A stretch of 64,000 nt of DNA, from contig OY781097.1 in assembly GCA_963676415.1 (NCBI GenBank), positions 1,596,555 through 1,660,554 on the forward strand. Reading direction: 5' to 3'. Made by a program: the position numbers and the translations under genes. This stretch comes from Bacteroidales bacterium. GTDB lineage: Bacteria > Bacteroidota > Bacteroidia > Bacteroidales > WRLA01. Positions 48,139-58,340 of this stretch are shown in pieces. Each line of letters opens with the position of its first letter. The stretch's first letter is position 1. Under the pieces are notes generated by a model, which worked only from the letters and a program-made list of their open reading frames with translations, had not been told where the DNA came from and did not search any database.

Positions 48139-49392
48139 ATGGATAAAATAATTGAAAAGAAGAAATGGACTCCCAAAAAAATCCTGAGCCTTTCGGCTGG
48201 AGGGATTTTTGTGCTCTTTGTTTTGTACCTGCTTTTTTTCAGGGACAAAAGCAGCCGCTTATACGTGCCTCAGGAGCAACTCACATTAACCGAAGTAAAA
48301 CTCGACAAATTTCAGGAATTTATTCCCATAGATGGTGTGGTCTTTCCGAAAACCACGATTTATATCGATGCGGTTCAGGGCGGTATTGTTGAGAAAGTTT
48401 ATGTTGAAGACGGTGCTTTGCTCCAAAAAGGCGACACCATTATTAAGCTCAACAATGCAGATATGGAACTGCGTTTTATGGAACAGGAAACAAGAATTTA
48501 CGATGCAATAAATAACCTCCAAAACTCTTTGATCAGCCTGGAACGTAACGGTTTCCAGCGTCAGCGCGAAATTATTGAAGTAAGCTACCAGATTGATCAG
48601 ACACGCAAAGACTTTGAGCGAAAAGAAGAACTTTATAAAGACCGCCTCATTTCTGATAAAGAATACGAAGATGCGGAGCGTGAATTCAATTACAGCATCA
48701 AACAGCTCGAAATTTCATTGAAACTGAAACGTCTTGACAGTATTTCTGCCGTGAAGCAAACCCGCCAGATCAACAACAGCATTGGTAGAATGGACAACAA
48801 CTTGGCCCTTTTGCGCCAAAACCTCGAAAATCTCTACATCAAAGCACCTGCTGAAGGGAAATTGTCCTCCTTTTTTGCCGAAATCGGTGAAACCAAAAGA
48901 GCGGGAGAACACCTGGGCCAGATTGATATGGACGATGGCTTTAAGCTGCGTGCCAATATTGACGAACGTTATACTTCCCGTGTGTTTATCGGCCAGGAAG
49001 CAGAATATGATTTCGGTGGTAAAATTTACCATCTCGAAATAAGTAAAATTTACACAGATGTGACCAATGGCTCTTTTCAGGTTGACCTGATATTTGTGAA
49101 CAACGAAGAACCTACGCACATAAAGCGAGGACAAACCCTGCAGTTGCGTTTGAAATTCAGCAGCGCCACAGATGCACTGATTATCCGCAAAGGAGGTTTC
49201 TTCCAGGAAACAGGAGGAAACTGGATTTATGTTGTGGACCCATCAGGCGAATTTGCCGTGAAACGCAGCATCCGCCTGGGACGCCAGAATACACGCCACT
49301 ACGAAGTAATGGAAGGCTTGAATGAAGGTGAAACGGTTATTGTTTCTTCATACGATACCTTCGGGGCAAAAGACAAATTGATTTTTAAATAG
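48139..49392 (+). CDS. HlyD/MacA-family periplasmic adaptor
   Basis: N-terminal TM anchor, long coiled-coil region and a beta-barrel C-domain. Precedes the ABC ATPase and FtsX permease genes. Confidence 0.75.
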   Translation: MDKIIEKKKWTPKKILSLSAGGIFVLFVLYLLFFRDKSSRLYVPQEQLTLTEVKLDKFQEFIPIDGVVFPKTTIYIDAVQGGIVEKVYVEDGALLQKGDTIIKLNNADMELRFMEQETRIYDAINNLQNSLISLERNGFQRQREIIEVSYQIDQTRKDFERKEELYKDRLISDKEYEDAEREFNYSIKQLEISLKLKRLDSISAVKQTRQINNSIGRMDNNLALLRQNLENLYIKAPAEGKLSSFFAEIGETKRAGEHLGQIDMDDGFKLRANIDERYTSRVFIGQEAEYDFGGKIYHLEISKIYTDVTNGSFQVDLIFVNNEEPTHIKRGQTLQLRLKFSSATDALIIRKGGFFQETGGNWIYVVDPSGEFAVKRSIRLGRQNTRHYEVMEGLNEGETVIVSSYDTFGAKDKLIFK

Positions 49393-49430
49393 AAAAGAAA
49401 CGGATTTATTCATAAAATAAAAATTCAATC

Positions 49431-50129
49431 ATGGAAAAGATGATCAAAACCAGTCAGTTGACTAAAGTTTTTAGAACCGATGAGGTGGAAACCACAGCAC
49501 TTAATGATGTAAACCTCGAAATTGAAAAAGGCGAGTTTGTTGCCATCATGGGACCTTCGGGATGCGGTAAATCAACACTGCTGAATATTCTTGGGCTGCT
49601 CGATAACCCCACAGGAGGGCAGTATTTCTTTCTTGATCATGAAGTCTCAGGTTTTAATGAGCGCAACCGTGCCAAATTGCGTAAGGAAAACATTGGTTTC
49701 GTATTTCAGAACTTTAATCTGATTGATGAGCTGAATGTATTTGAAAATGTGGAGCTGCCACTGATTTATCTCGGTTATAGCGCCAAAGAACGCAAAGCAC
49801 GTGTTGAAGAAGCGCTGGAGCAAATGCAGATTATCCACCGAAAAAAGCATTTCCCATTGCAGCTCTCCGGTGGTCAGCAGCAGCGTGTTGCTGTAGCCCG
49901 TGCCGTTGTGGCCAACCCTTCCTTGATTCTGGCGGATGAGCCAACCGGTAACCTCGATTCGGCTCATGGCGAGGAAGTCATGAACCTGCTCGACAACCTG
50001 AACCAAAACGGAACTACAATCGTGATGGTAACGCACTCACAACGCGATGCAGAATATGCCCGCAGAATTGTACGCCTCTTTGACGGTCAGATTATTAATG
50101 AGAATATTAAAGCAAACGCTATTCTATAA
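49431..50129 (+). CDS. ABC transporter ATP-binding protein (MacB/LolD type)
   Basis: GPSGCGKST, LSGGQQQRVAVARA and ILADEPTGNLD motifs. Confidence 0.9.
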   Translation: MEKMIKTSQLTKVFRTDEVETTALNDVNLEIEKGEFVAIMGPSGCGKSTLLNILGLLDNPTGGQYFFLDHEVSGFNERNRAKLRKENIGFVFQNFNLIDELNVFENVELPLIYLGYSAKERKARVEEALEQMQIIHRKKHFPLQLSGGQQQRVAVARAVVANPSLILADEPTGNLDSAHGEEVMNLLDNLNQNGTTIVMVTHSQRDAEYARRIVRLFDGQIINENIKANAIL

Positions 50130-50285
50130 ATCTTGACTGGAATACCTATCGATGATTTCCCGGATACGGTGGTTGAGCAAAAGCAAAGCCATCGTATCGG
50201 GCAGATCAAAAGCAATTTTTAATATCGTTGAACAAGGCAATTTTTAACCCCTATAAGTGTATAACAACCCCAAATTCCCCCGGCT

Positions 50286-52679
50286 ATGTACCGAAATTAT
50301 CTAAAAGTTGCATTAAGGAATATCTTTCGTCAGGGCGCCTATTCCATGATTAATATCATTGGCCTGACGATTGGTATTGCCTCTTTCCTTTTAATCGTGC
50401 TTTATGTGCAATATGAGCTTAGCTTCGACAGTAGCGCCAATGATCCGGAAACAATTTACCGGGTTGTAGAAGTTCAGAACCATCAGGGTGTTGGCGAGCA
50501 ACATGTTTCTTTTACGCCGGCACCCATGAAAAAAACCATGGTGGACAACTTTCCGGAGATTTTGGATGGTTTCCGATTTGCAAGCTGGGGAACTTTTACG
50601 GTGAAAGCAGGCAATAATTACTTTCATCAGGAGATGACGGCCTATGTTGATCCGTCTTATTTCGGGATGTATGGTATTGATCTGCTGCTGGGCGATACCG
50701 CTACAGCGCTGAACGACCTGCATTCAGTTGTGCTCTCGGAAGAGGCTGCCATCAAAATGTTTGGAAGTGCCGAAGATGCAATAAACCAATTGATTGCAAT
50801 CCGTGGCGAAGACGGGTACAAAGTTACGGCTGTGATGGCGGATATCCCTAAAAATTCTCACATCCGGGCTAAAATGCTGATTCCTTTTGAAACAGCCGAA
50901 AGCGAAAATCCCTGGATGGAAGGCTGGGGATCCAATTGTACCGCTACCTATATCCGACTGAAAGAAGGAACCGATATTGCAGCACTGGAACAAAAATTTG
51001 CCGATTATATTGAAGAACACTTTGGTGAAGGTGAAGCAAATAATTCCTTTACCCTCTACCTGCAAGCCTTCAAAGATATCCACCTGAAATCGGAGCACAT
51101 CAAATTTGATATAAACTTCTCACGGGGAAGCTATAATAATGTTCTGATATTTAGCGCGATAGCTTTGCTTGTTTTGGTGATTGCCTGCATCAACTATATC
51201 AATTTATCCATTGCCCGCTCTGTGAAACGTGCCCGTGAAGTAGGTATGCGCAAAGTTTTGGGAGCCAGCCGAAGAAATCTGGCAGGCCAGTTCCTGGGCG
51301 AATCCCTGCTGCTGAGCCTTGCCTCACTGATTATTGCCCTGATGCTGGTAGAATTATTTGTGCCCCTATTCAATGATATGTTGGGAACGTACATAAACAT
51401 CAGTTATAGCAGTAATGTCCTGTTCCTTGCTGTGATGCCATTTATCTGGCTCGCGGTCAGCCTTGTAAGCGGAAGTTATCCGGCTTTTTACCTTTCCGCA
51501 TACCAGCCAGCACAGGTTTTGAAATCCGGTGTGGCTAAAAACAGCTCCAAAGGCTGGCTGAGCAAAGGATTGGTGATTTTTCAGTTTTCAGTTTCTATTG
51601 TGCTGATTATCACAATTTTGGTAGTGCAGTCGCAGATGACCTTTGTACGCGATCGTGATCCGGGCTTTAATTATGAAAATGTTGCCGGGGTGCCATTGTA
51701 CGATTTTAACAACGATCAGGATCTGAAGCAAATAGCAGCGGAAGTAGGAAACTCATCGGATATCCTGGATTACTCTTTTGCTGCCGGTTTTAATGGCGCC
51801 AGCGGAAACCAATCTACCCTTACCATAAACGACAGCGCCAGCTCAACAATAATGATGCGTATTGGCTCCGTTGATGAACGCTATTTCAATATGATGGAAA
51901 TCCCTTTACTGAAAGGCCGGAATTTTTCTTCGGAAAGCAGTTGGGATAGTCATAACAGTGTTATCATTAATCAGGCAGCTGCGGATTTCCTGGGATGGAA
52001 AAACCCGATCGGAAAGCAGTTTGATAATTATATGAGCGATTCAATTCCATATATGACCGTAATTGGTGTGGTGGGCGACTACAATTATTACAGCATGCAC
52101 AACCGCATCGAGCCTGCCGCATTTCTGATGATCCCTGATCATTATACAGATCTGTTAGTGCGCTATCATCCACAAAATCATCCAAAAGTGAAAAGCTATC
52201 TAGAAGGGGCCTGGGAGCGACTGTTTCCCGGCCATCCCATGAATTATATGCTTATCGATGATCTGGTCGAAAATATGTATATCACGGAGATCAACAGCCT
52301 GAAACTCTTCCAGTACTTTACATTGCTGTCAATTTTAATTTCCTGTATGGGCTTGTTTGGGCTCACATCCCTGATTACCGAACAACGCACCAAAGAAGTG
52401 GGTATCCGTAAAGCGCTGGGAGGCAGCACTTCAATGATTACTCTGCTGCTGGTACGCAATTTTATGAGGCTTGTCATTATTGCAGGAGTTGTGGCCGTTC
52501 CTTTTGGCTGGATGATTTCAAAAGGGTTTCTCGATCATTTTGCCTATAAAATCAATCTTGGATTCCAGTATTTCATCTTCGGGCTGCTAATTGCATTGCT
52601 CATCGCTTTCCTGACAGTAATTACCAAAGTGCTTTCTGTCGCCAATTCCAACCCGGTGGATGCGCTGCGTTATGAATAG
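50286..52679 (+). CDS. ABC transporter permease with duplicated FtsX/MacB-type domains
   Basis: 797 aa. Two FtsX-like 4-TM blocks (REVGMRKVLGA, KEVGIRKALGG), each preceded by a large periplasmic domain. Confidence 0.85.
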   Translation: MYRNYLKVALRNIFRQGAYSMINIIGLTIGIASFLLIVLYVQYELSFDSSANDPETIYRVVEVQNHQGVGEQHVSFTPAPMKKTMVDNFPEILDGFRFASWGTFTVKAGNNYFHQEMTAYVDPSYFGMYGIDLLLGDTATALNDLHSVVLSEEAAIKMFGSAEDAINQLIAIRGEDGYKVTAVMADIPKNSHIRAKMLIPFETAESENPWMEGWGSNCTATYIRLKEGTDIAALEQKFADYIEEHFGEGEANNSFTLYLQAFKDIHLKSEHIKFDINFSRGSYNNVLIFSAIALLVLVIACINYINLSIARSVKRAREVGMRKVLGASRRNLAGQFLGESLLLSLASLIIALMLVELFVPLFNDMLGTYINISYSSNVLFLAVMPFIWLAVSLVSGSYPAFYLSAYQPAQVLKSGVAKNSSKGWLSKGLVIFQFSVSIVLIITILVVQSQMTFVRDRDPGFNYENVAGVPLYDFNNDQDLKQIAAEVGNSSDILDYSFAAGFNGASGNQSTLTINDSASSTIMMRIGSVDERYFNMMEIPLLKGRNFSSESSWDSHNSVIINQAAADFLGWKNPIGKQFDNYMSDSIPYMTVIGVVGDYNYYSMHNRIEPAAFLMIPDHYTDLLVRYHPQNHPKVKSYLEGAWERLFPGHPMNYMLIDDLVENMYITEINSLKLFQYFTLLSILISCMGLFGLTSLITEQRTKEVGIRKALGGSTSMITLLLVRNFMRLVIIAGVVAVPFGWMISKGFLDHFAYKINLGFQYFIFGLLIALLIAFLTVITKVLSVANSNPVDALRYE

Positions 52680-52698
52680 AAAAACAGTTAGATGAAGA

Positions 52699-52735
52699 AA
52701 ACTCCCGGAAGATAATGCCTTTCGGGAGTTTTTTT
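52699..52735. terminator. Intrinsic terminator between convergent genes
   Basis: aaactcccggaa...ttcgggagttttttt. Confidence 0.75.
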
Positions 52736-52774
52736 ATCGGAAAACCTATATGATCAAATAATATGATGTTGCTA

Positions 52775-53758
52775 TTAAGGAACAAAAACCTCAAGCAATT
52801 TGCAGGAATCCAAAGGATACAGTAAGGCTTTTTCTATGCTGCGTGGCATCAGTACTGCTTCTCCTGTTGTCATTTCTGTTTCCGTGTCTTCGGTTATAAT
52901 TTTGGCTTTGCCTTCCACGCAAATATAAATGGTGCAGGATTGCATTTCTTCATAGTTTTTTGAAACCGGCTGATTAAATTCCAGAATGGACGTTTTGAAA
53001 TATTCTGAGCTTACGATATCCTCTGTTTGGTTTTTTGTTTTTGCGTAATGCGTTTTATACTCAGGATATGCCTTAAAATCAATGGCATCCATAGCTTCTT
53101 CGATGTGCAACTCACGCGAATTTCCTTTGCCGTCCACACGGTCCCAGTCGTAAATACGATAGGTCACATCCGAAGTTTGCTGGATTTCAGCGAGGAAAAT
53201 CCCGGGGCCAATGGCATGCACCCGGCCTGCCGGCATATAAAACACATCGCCTTTTTGAACTTTTTCCGTATTTAGGATTTCCCGGAGTTTTTTCTCCTCA
53301 AGTAGTTTCTGATACTCTTCTTTATTGCTCTCTTTTTTAAAACCGCTGATCAGTTCTGAATTTTCATCGGCATCCATAATGTACCACATCTCGGTTTTCC
53401 CTGCAGTAAGGCCTCGTTTTTTGGCCAGTTCATCATCCGGATGCACCTGAATGGACAAATAATCGTTTGCATCAATAAATTTGATCAGCAGGGGAAATTC
53501 CTCTCCAAATTTTTCATAAACCTTTTCGCCAACCAGTTCGTCCATATAAACTTCAACCAGTTCGTTCAGGTTATTTCCTTCGAGCCAGCCGTTTTTTACA
53601 ACCGTTTCGTTTCCCGGCACCCCGGAAATAACCCAGGCTTCACCGCAATTTGGAAGTGGCTCAAAATCAATGCCTGCAATGGTTTTCATTTTTTGTCCGC
53701 CCCAGATTTTATCTTTTAAAATCGGATGGAATTTTAGTGGATACAATTTATTGCTCAT
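52775..53758 (-). CDS. manA: Class I mannose-6-phosphate isomerase (short bacterial type)
   Basis: KIWGGQ, LSIQVHPDD, KTEMWY and VHAIGPGI cupin metal-site motifs. Confidence 0.8.
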   Translation of the reverse strand: MSNKLYPLKFHPILKDKIWGGQKMKTIAGIDFEPLPNCGEAWVISGVPGNETVVKNGWLEGNNLNELVEVYMDELVGEKVYEKFGEEFPLLIKFIDANDYLSIQVHPDDELAKKRGLTAGKTEMWYIMDADENSELISGFKKESNKEEYQKLLEEKKLREILNTEKVQKGDVFYMPAGRVHAIGPGIFLAEIQQTSDVTYRIYDWDRVDGKGNSRELHIEEAMDAIDFKAYPEYKTHYAKTKNQTEDIVSSEYFKTSILEFNQPVSKNYEEMQSCTIYICVEGKAKIITEDTETEMTTGEAVLMPRSIEKALLYPLDSCKLLEVFVP

Positions 53759-53838
53759 ATACCGGATATTCTTTTTTTAAAAACCATAAAAGTACAATTT
53801 TCTGATTAAAGGATTTTTTTGGTTTTTATTGTTGTTAC

Positions 53839-53866
53839 TTTGGGAATAATATGATTTATACCTTTG
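53839..53866 (+). promoter_or_regulatory. Candidate Bacteroidota sigma-A promoter (-33 TTTG / -7 TAccTTTG)
   Basis: TACCTTTG at 53859-53866 lies 16 nt before the ATG at 53883. TTTG is at 53839-53842. The 16-nt spacing is shorter than the usual 19-21 nt. Confidence 0.35.
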
Positions 53867-53882
53867 TATTAAATCTGGGATT

Positions 53883-55022
53883 ATGGACTTAAAAGAATTA
53901 ATAGCATTTCGAAAGGAGCTGCATTCCTGGCCAGGGCTTTCGGGCCAGGAAGATGAAACGGCCTCACGTATTTTGCGCTTTATCGGTGCAGAAACAGCCG
54001 ATCATGTCTATTCCGGAATTGGCGGTCATGGTTTACTGTTTGTTTTTGAGGGCAAGGAAAAGGGGCCGCATACCGTTTTTCGTGCGGATATTGACGCGCT
54101 GCCCATTCAGGAAATCAGCAAACACGAACACAAATCACGGATTCCCGGTGTAGCTCATCTTTGTGGCCACGACGGGCATAGTGCCGCAATGGCCGGTTTT
54201 GCTCGTTTTTTAGGAAAACACCGTCCTGAAAAAGGGAAAATAGCCCTGCTTTTCCAGCCTGCAGAAGAAACAGGTCAGGGTGCTTTGGCAGTGATGGAAA
54301 ACCAGCATTTTAAAGCATTTAAACCGGATTTTATTTTTGGTTTTCACAATATACCGGGATATCCGAAAGGGAAAATCCTACTAAAAAACGGCAGTTTTGC
54401 GGCAGCGAGTTGTGGCCTGAATATCGAACTTAACGGAAAAACTTCTCATGCAGCATATCCGGAGGCGGGTTTAAATCCGGCAGTGGCGTTGGCCGAAATA
54501 ATCCAAAGCTGGACCGGAATAGCATCCGCACAAAATGATTTTCTGGATATGGTTCTGCTTACTATTGTTCATGCCCGACTGGGAGAAAAAGCACTGGGGA
54601 CGAGTCCGGCTTACGGGCAAATCATTGCTACATTGCGCGCCAATCGCCAGGATGATATGGACAAGCTCACCGAAAAATCCCTGAATACCGCCCTGGAAAC
54701 CGCCAAAAGGCATAAACTCGAAGTAAATTATGGCATGGAAGAGCCCTTCCCGGCAACCATAAACCATGATGATGCCATGAAAGTCCTGCAGGATGCGGTT
54801 CAAGAATCCGGTCTGGATCATGAATACCTTATGGAAGCATTCCGTTGGTCGGAAGATTTTGGCGTTTATACAAAGGGTATCAACGGAGCTTTTTTCGGCA
54901 TCGGCTCGGGCCAAAGCCATCCGGTATTGCATAATCCCGATTATGATTTTCCGGATGATATATTAGCAACAGCTGTCGCACTTTATAAATCTATTGCATT
55001 GATAACTAATAATTTGAGATAA
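53883..55022 (+). CDS. M20D-family amidohydrolase
   Basis: LHSWPGLSGQE, ADIDALP, HLCGHDGH and FQPAEE motifs. Confidence 0.8.
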   Translation: MDLKELIAFRKELHSWPGLSGQEDETASRILRFIGAETADHVYSGIGGHGLLFVFEGKEKGPHTVFRADIDALPIQEISKHEHKSRIPGVAHLCGHDGHSAAMAGFARFLGKHRPEKGKIALLFQPAEETGQGALAVMENQHFKAFKPDFIFGFHNIPGYPKGKILLKNGSFAAASCGLNIELNGKTSHAAYPEAGLNPAVALAEIIQSWTGIASAQNDFLDMVLLTIVHARLGEKALGTSPAYGQIIATLRANRQDDMDKLTEKSLNTALETAKRHKLEVNYGMEEPFPATINHDDAMKVLQDAVQESGLDHEYLMEAFRWSEDFGVYTKGINGAFFGIGSGQSHPVLHNPDYDFPDDILATAVALYKSIALITNNLR

Positions 55023-55618
55023 TGAATGAAATTTGTGTTTTTTGTGGCTCCAGCACAGGTAAAGGAGAGATTTACAGGGCAAGTGCCAAAAAGCTGGCTT
55101 TGTTGATGGCCAAAAAAGAAATGAACCTGGTTTTTGGGGGCAGCAGTATCGGCCTGATGCGCATCCTTGCCGATGTGATGCTCGAAAAGGGGAGAAAAGT
55201 AACGGGAATCATGCCCGAAATGCTGATCAGCAAGGAAATCCTGCACGAAGGAGTAAGCAAAATTATCCGTACCGACAGCATGCACGAGCGTAAACTACTG
55301 ATGGGCGAACTCTCCGATGCTTTTATTGCTTTGCCCGGAGGTTTTGGCACTTTGGATGAAATCAGCGAAGTGCTTACCTGGAATCAGCTGGAAATCAACA
55401 ATAAACCTATTGCTTTGCTGAATGTTGACGGCTACTACGACAACCTTATGGCCTTTTTGGACCGTGCCGTACAGGATGGTTTCCTGCGTGCAGAACATCG
55501 TGCCAACATCATTGTGGAAAGTGATGAAGAAAAACTTCTCGAAGCTTTGGAAAATTTTAAGCGCATTGAAGTGGATTCCAAATGGGTGGATGAACTTAAA
55601 GAGCAGGTTAGGACTTAA
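55022..55618 (+). CDS. LOG-family cytokinin riboside 5'-monophosphate phosphoribohydrolase-like protein
   Basis: VFCGSS, GGSSIGLM and PGGFGTLDE motifs. Confidence 0.85.
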   Translation: MNEICVFCGSSTGKGEIYRASAKKLALLMAKKEMNLVFGGSSIGLMRILADVMLEKGRKVTGIMPEMLISKEILHEGVSKIIRTDSMHERKLLMGELSDAFIALPGGFGTLDEISEVLTWNQLEINNKPIALLNVDGYYDNLMAFLDRAVQDGFLRAEHRANIIVESDEEKLLEALENFKRIEVDSKWVDELKEQVRT

Positions 55619-55625
55619 TATCCTT

Positions 55626-56267
55626 ATGGAAAATTTGCGCGATATACGTCTGGATTATAATAAATCGAAGCTTGAGGAAGCATTGATGCCCGATGAGCCT
55701 TTCCGCCTTTTTAAGAACTGGCTGGAAGCAGCTTTGCAATCGGATGAACAGGAGCCAACGGCCATGGTTCTATCGACGGTTTCGCCGGAAGGAAGGCCAT
55801 CATCACGCATAGTGTTGCTGAAAGATTTCCATGATGGGGCTTTGGTTTTTTACAGCAATTATCAATCGCGCAAAGGAGAAGAGCTCAAAGAGAACCCCAA
55901 TGCGGCTTTATTGTTTTTTTGGCCTGCGCTCGAACGGCAAGTCCGGTTAGAAGGGAAGGTTCAGCAGATTACGGCAGAAGAATCCGACAGATATTTCTAC
56001 AGCCGTCCGCTTGAAAGCCGCATTGGAGCAGCCATTTCACCCCAAAGCCAGATTATTCCCGACCGCAAAACGCTTGAAGAAGCTTTTCATAAGGAGTTGG
56101 AAAATATGCAAAATGGTTTGGAGCCCAAACGTCCGGTACATTGGGGCGGTTACAAGCTTATTCCTGAAATTATGGAGTTCTGGCAAGGGCGCCCCGGACG
56201 CATGCACGACCGCTTTCAATATCGTTTGGCTGATGGCCAGTGGCTGAAAAACCGCCTGGCGCCATGA
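55626..56267 (+). CDS. pdxH: Pyridoxamine 5'-phosphate oxidase
   Basis: P..LF..W, RIVLLK, FYSNYQSRKG, QVRLEG, WGGY and EFWQGRPGRMHDR motifs. The start is set at ATG 55626. The track ORF's 5' extension overlaps the LOG gene. Confidence 0.9.
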   Translation: MENLRDIRLDYNKSKLEEALMPDEPFRLFKNWLEAALQSDEQEPTAMVLSTVSPEGRPSSRIVLLKDFHDGALVFYSNYQSRKGEELKENPNAALLFFWPALERQVRLEGKVQQITAEESDRYFYSRPLESRIGAAISPQSQIIPDRKTLEEAFHKELENMQNGLEPKRPVHWGGYKLIPEIMEFWQGRPGRMHDRFQYRLADGQWLKNRLAP

Positions 56268-57061
56268 TGCGGCATTTTGCCATAGTATTGATTATAATGA
56301 GCTTAGGCTTAGCTTTGCCCGCTCAAAATGTATTCGATGTGGGTGAAAAGCTCGAATACAATGTTTCCTACAACTGGCAGTTTATCTGGATTAAGGCAGC
56401 TAATGTCAGCTTTGAAGTTTCCGATACTATTATTTTAAATCACGCGTACTTTAGCTTCAACAGCTATGGAAGCTCCCTAAAGCGCTACGACTGGATTTTT
56501 AAGGTACGCGATTCCTATCGGTCACGGGCATCAAGGGACAACCTGAAGCCCTTATGGTACCACAGGAAAAATTATGAAGGCGGCTTTGAAGTGGATTACG
56601 AATATCAGTTTGATGATGCAGCACGGAAAATATATTGCCGTACTCAAAATTCCGACCGTCCTTTAGCTTACGACACCATTCCCTGGCCCGCAGGAGCGCT
56701 GGATTTGGTAACAGCAACCTACCACACCCGAAATCTGGATTTTAACGGAATGAATGTGGGCGATACCGTTCCTGTTCAGGTGATTATCGACCGGAAACCC
56801 TACAATCTTTTTATACGATATCTTGGCAAAGAAACCATTAAAAACCGTGATGGCCATAAATACCGCTGTTTGAAATTTTCGGCATTGCTGGTGTCCGGGA
56901 CTATTTTTAAAGGTGGTGAGGATTTGTATGTTTGGGTAACAGAGGACGGCAACAAAATTCCGGTTCAGGTGGAGGCAAAAATCCTGGTTGGTTCCGTTAA
57001 GGCATGGTTATCAGGATATAAAAACCTGAAAAACCCATTGGGCGCACGGGTTGATGAATAA
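56264..57061 (+). CDS. DUF3108-like secreted protein
   Basis: Signal peptide MMRHFAIVLIIMSLGLALPAQ. GEKLEYNVSYNW... is the typical opening of this family (recalled from memory). The start overlaps the pdxH stop (ATGA). Confidence 0.55.
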   Translation: MMRHFAIVLIIMSLGLALPAQNVFDVGEKLEYNVSYNWQFIWIKAANVSFEVSDTIILNHAYFSFNSYGSSLKRYDWIFKVRDSYRSRASRDNLKPLWYHRKNYEGGFEVDYEYQFDDAARKIYCRTQNSDRPLAYDTIPWPAGALDLVTATYHTRNLDFNGMNVGDTVPVQVIIDRKPYNLFIRYLGKETIKNRDGHKYRCLKFSALLVSGTIFKGGEDLYVWVTEDGNKIPVQVEAKILVGSVKAWLSGYKNLKNPLGARVDE

Positions 57062-57155
57062 AGCAGTTGAAGGAGCCCCGGACAGACTGAATCATTGGTC
57101 ACATTTCATTCCCGGGGAATTTTTCGTAGTTTTATGTCGTTTAAAATTATACGTG

Positions 57156-58250
57156 ATGAAAACGGCAAAAAGCATTGCTCCTTTTTTAGTGGTCATTCTT
57201 TTTCTTTCACAATCCTGTATCCGGCACTACTACTGGCCCGAAGAGCATATCCGCCAAATGGTCGATCCTGTTGGGTTTTCTGCAAATTTCAACGATTTTG
57301 ATACAGTGGTTTCTCAGCTTGACCGGCAGTATGGATCAAAAATGGACAGCATTTCCCATGCCATGAAAGCCTGGACGCCGCCTTCTGCTGTAATTGTTCC
57401 TCATGATGATTTTGCTTATGCGGGATATTTGTATCCACCGGCATTTGAAAATATACGGGCAAAAACCCTCTTACTGGTAGGCGTTTTTCATAAGGCACGC
57501 ACTTTTGGTGTGGAAGATAAACTGGTCTTCGGGAATTTCACTCATTGGAACGGCCCGATGATGCGCACTGAAGTTTCACCACTCAGGAATGAAATTTTAA
57601 AGCAGCTTGACTCATCGGATTGCATCGTTTCGGATACGATGATGCAAACAGAACATTCTCTTGAAGCTTTTATCCCCTGGCTGCAATTCTATAATCCGGG
57701 AGCACAGATTATTCCCGTACTTGTTCCTGCCATGGATTTTGAAAGGATGAACCAACTCTCTGAAAAGATGGTTAAAGCACTTCAAAAGGTGTCTGAACAT
57801 CAGGATTTAAGCAATCCGGAAGATTTTTGCGTTTTGATTTCATCCGACGCGGTACATTATGGAAAAGAAGGATGGGGCGGAAAAAACTTGGCGCCATTAG
57901 GTAGCGGAAAGGAAGGAAATCAACGTGCTTTGCAGCATGAGCACAAGATTATTAATGAAAGCCTTACAGGAAAAACGGATGATGCTAAAGTGAAGAGATT
58001 TCTAAGTTTTACGACCGATAGCTGCGATCACAGAAATTATAAATGGACCTGGTGTGGGCGATATTCCATTCCTTTTGGATTACTTACTGCCGATAAATTG
58101 CAGGGCAAAAATAAACTGGAAGGCAAGCTTGCCGCATATGCCACAAGCATCGATCATAAAACTCTTGATTTGAAAAATACGCAGATGGGAACTACAGCTC
58201 CGGCGCATGAAAATCATTGGGTGGGATATGCTTTGATTTTTTACAAATAG
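57156..58250 (+). CDS. Memo-like / class III extradiol dioxygenase-like lipoprotein (function uncertain)
   Basis: Lipobox LSQSC. VPHDDFAYAGYLY resembles the MEMO/AmmeMemoRadiSam-B motif PHAGY.YSG. Confidence 0.4.
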   Translation: MKTAKSIAPFLVVILFLSQSCIRHYYWPEEHIRQMVDPVGFSANFNDFDTVVSQLDRQYGSKMDSISHAMKAWTPPSAVIVPHDDFAYAGYLYPPAFENIRAKTLLLVGVFHKARTFGVEDKLVFGNFTHWNGPMMRTEVSPLRNEILKQLDSSDCIVSDTMMQTEHSLEAFIPWLQFYNPGAQIIPVLVPAMDFERMNQLSEKMVKALQKVSEHQDLSNPEDFCVLISSDAVHYGKEGWGGKNLAPLGSGKEGNQRALQHEHKIINESLTGKTDDAKVKRFLSFTTDSCDHRNYKWTWCGRYSIPFGLLTADKLQGKNKLEGKLAAYATSIDHKTLDLKNTQMGTTAPAHENHWVGYALIFYK

Positions 58251-58340
58251 TTTGCGGACATAATTTTAATTTATTGCAAAACCAGAGCAAACCGAATCCC
58301 TGATTCACCAATAAAATTTAGTTTTGCAAAAAGCCTCTGC

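Noticed and set aside
55422-55625. A 5' extension of the pdxH ORF in the track (start at 55422).
   Set aside because: The extension overlaps the LOG gene in another frame. PdxH homology begins at MENLRDIRLDY (ATG at 55626).
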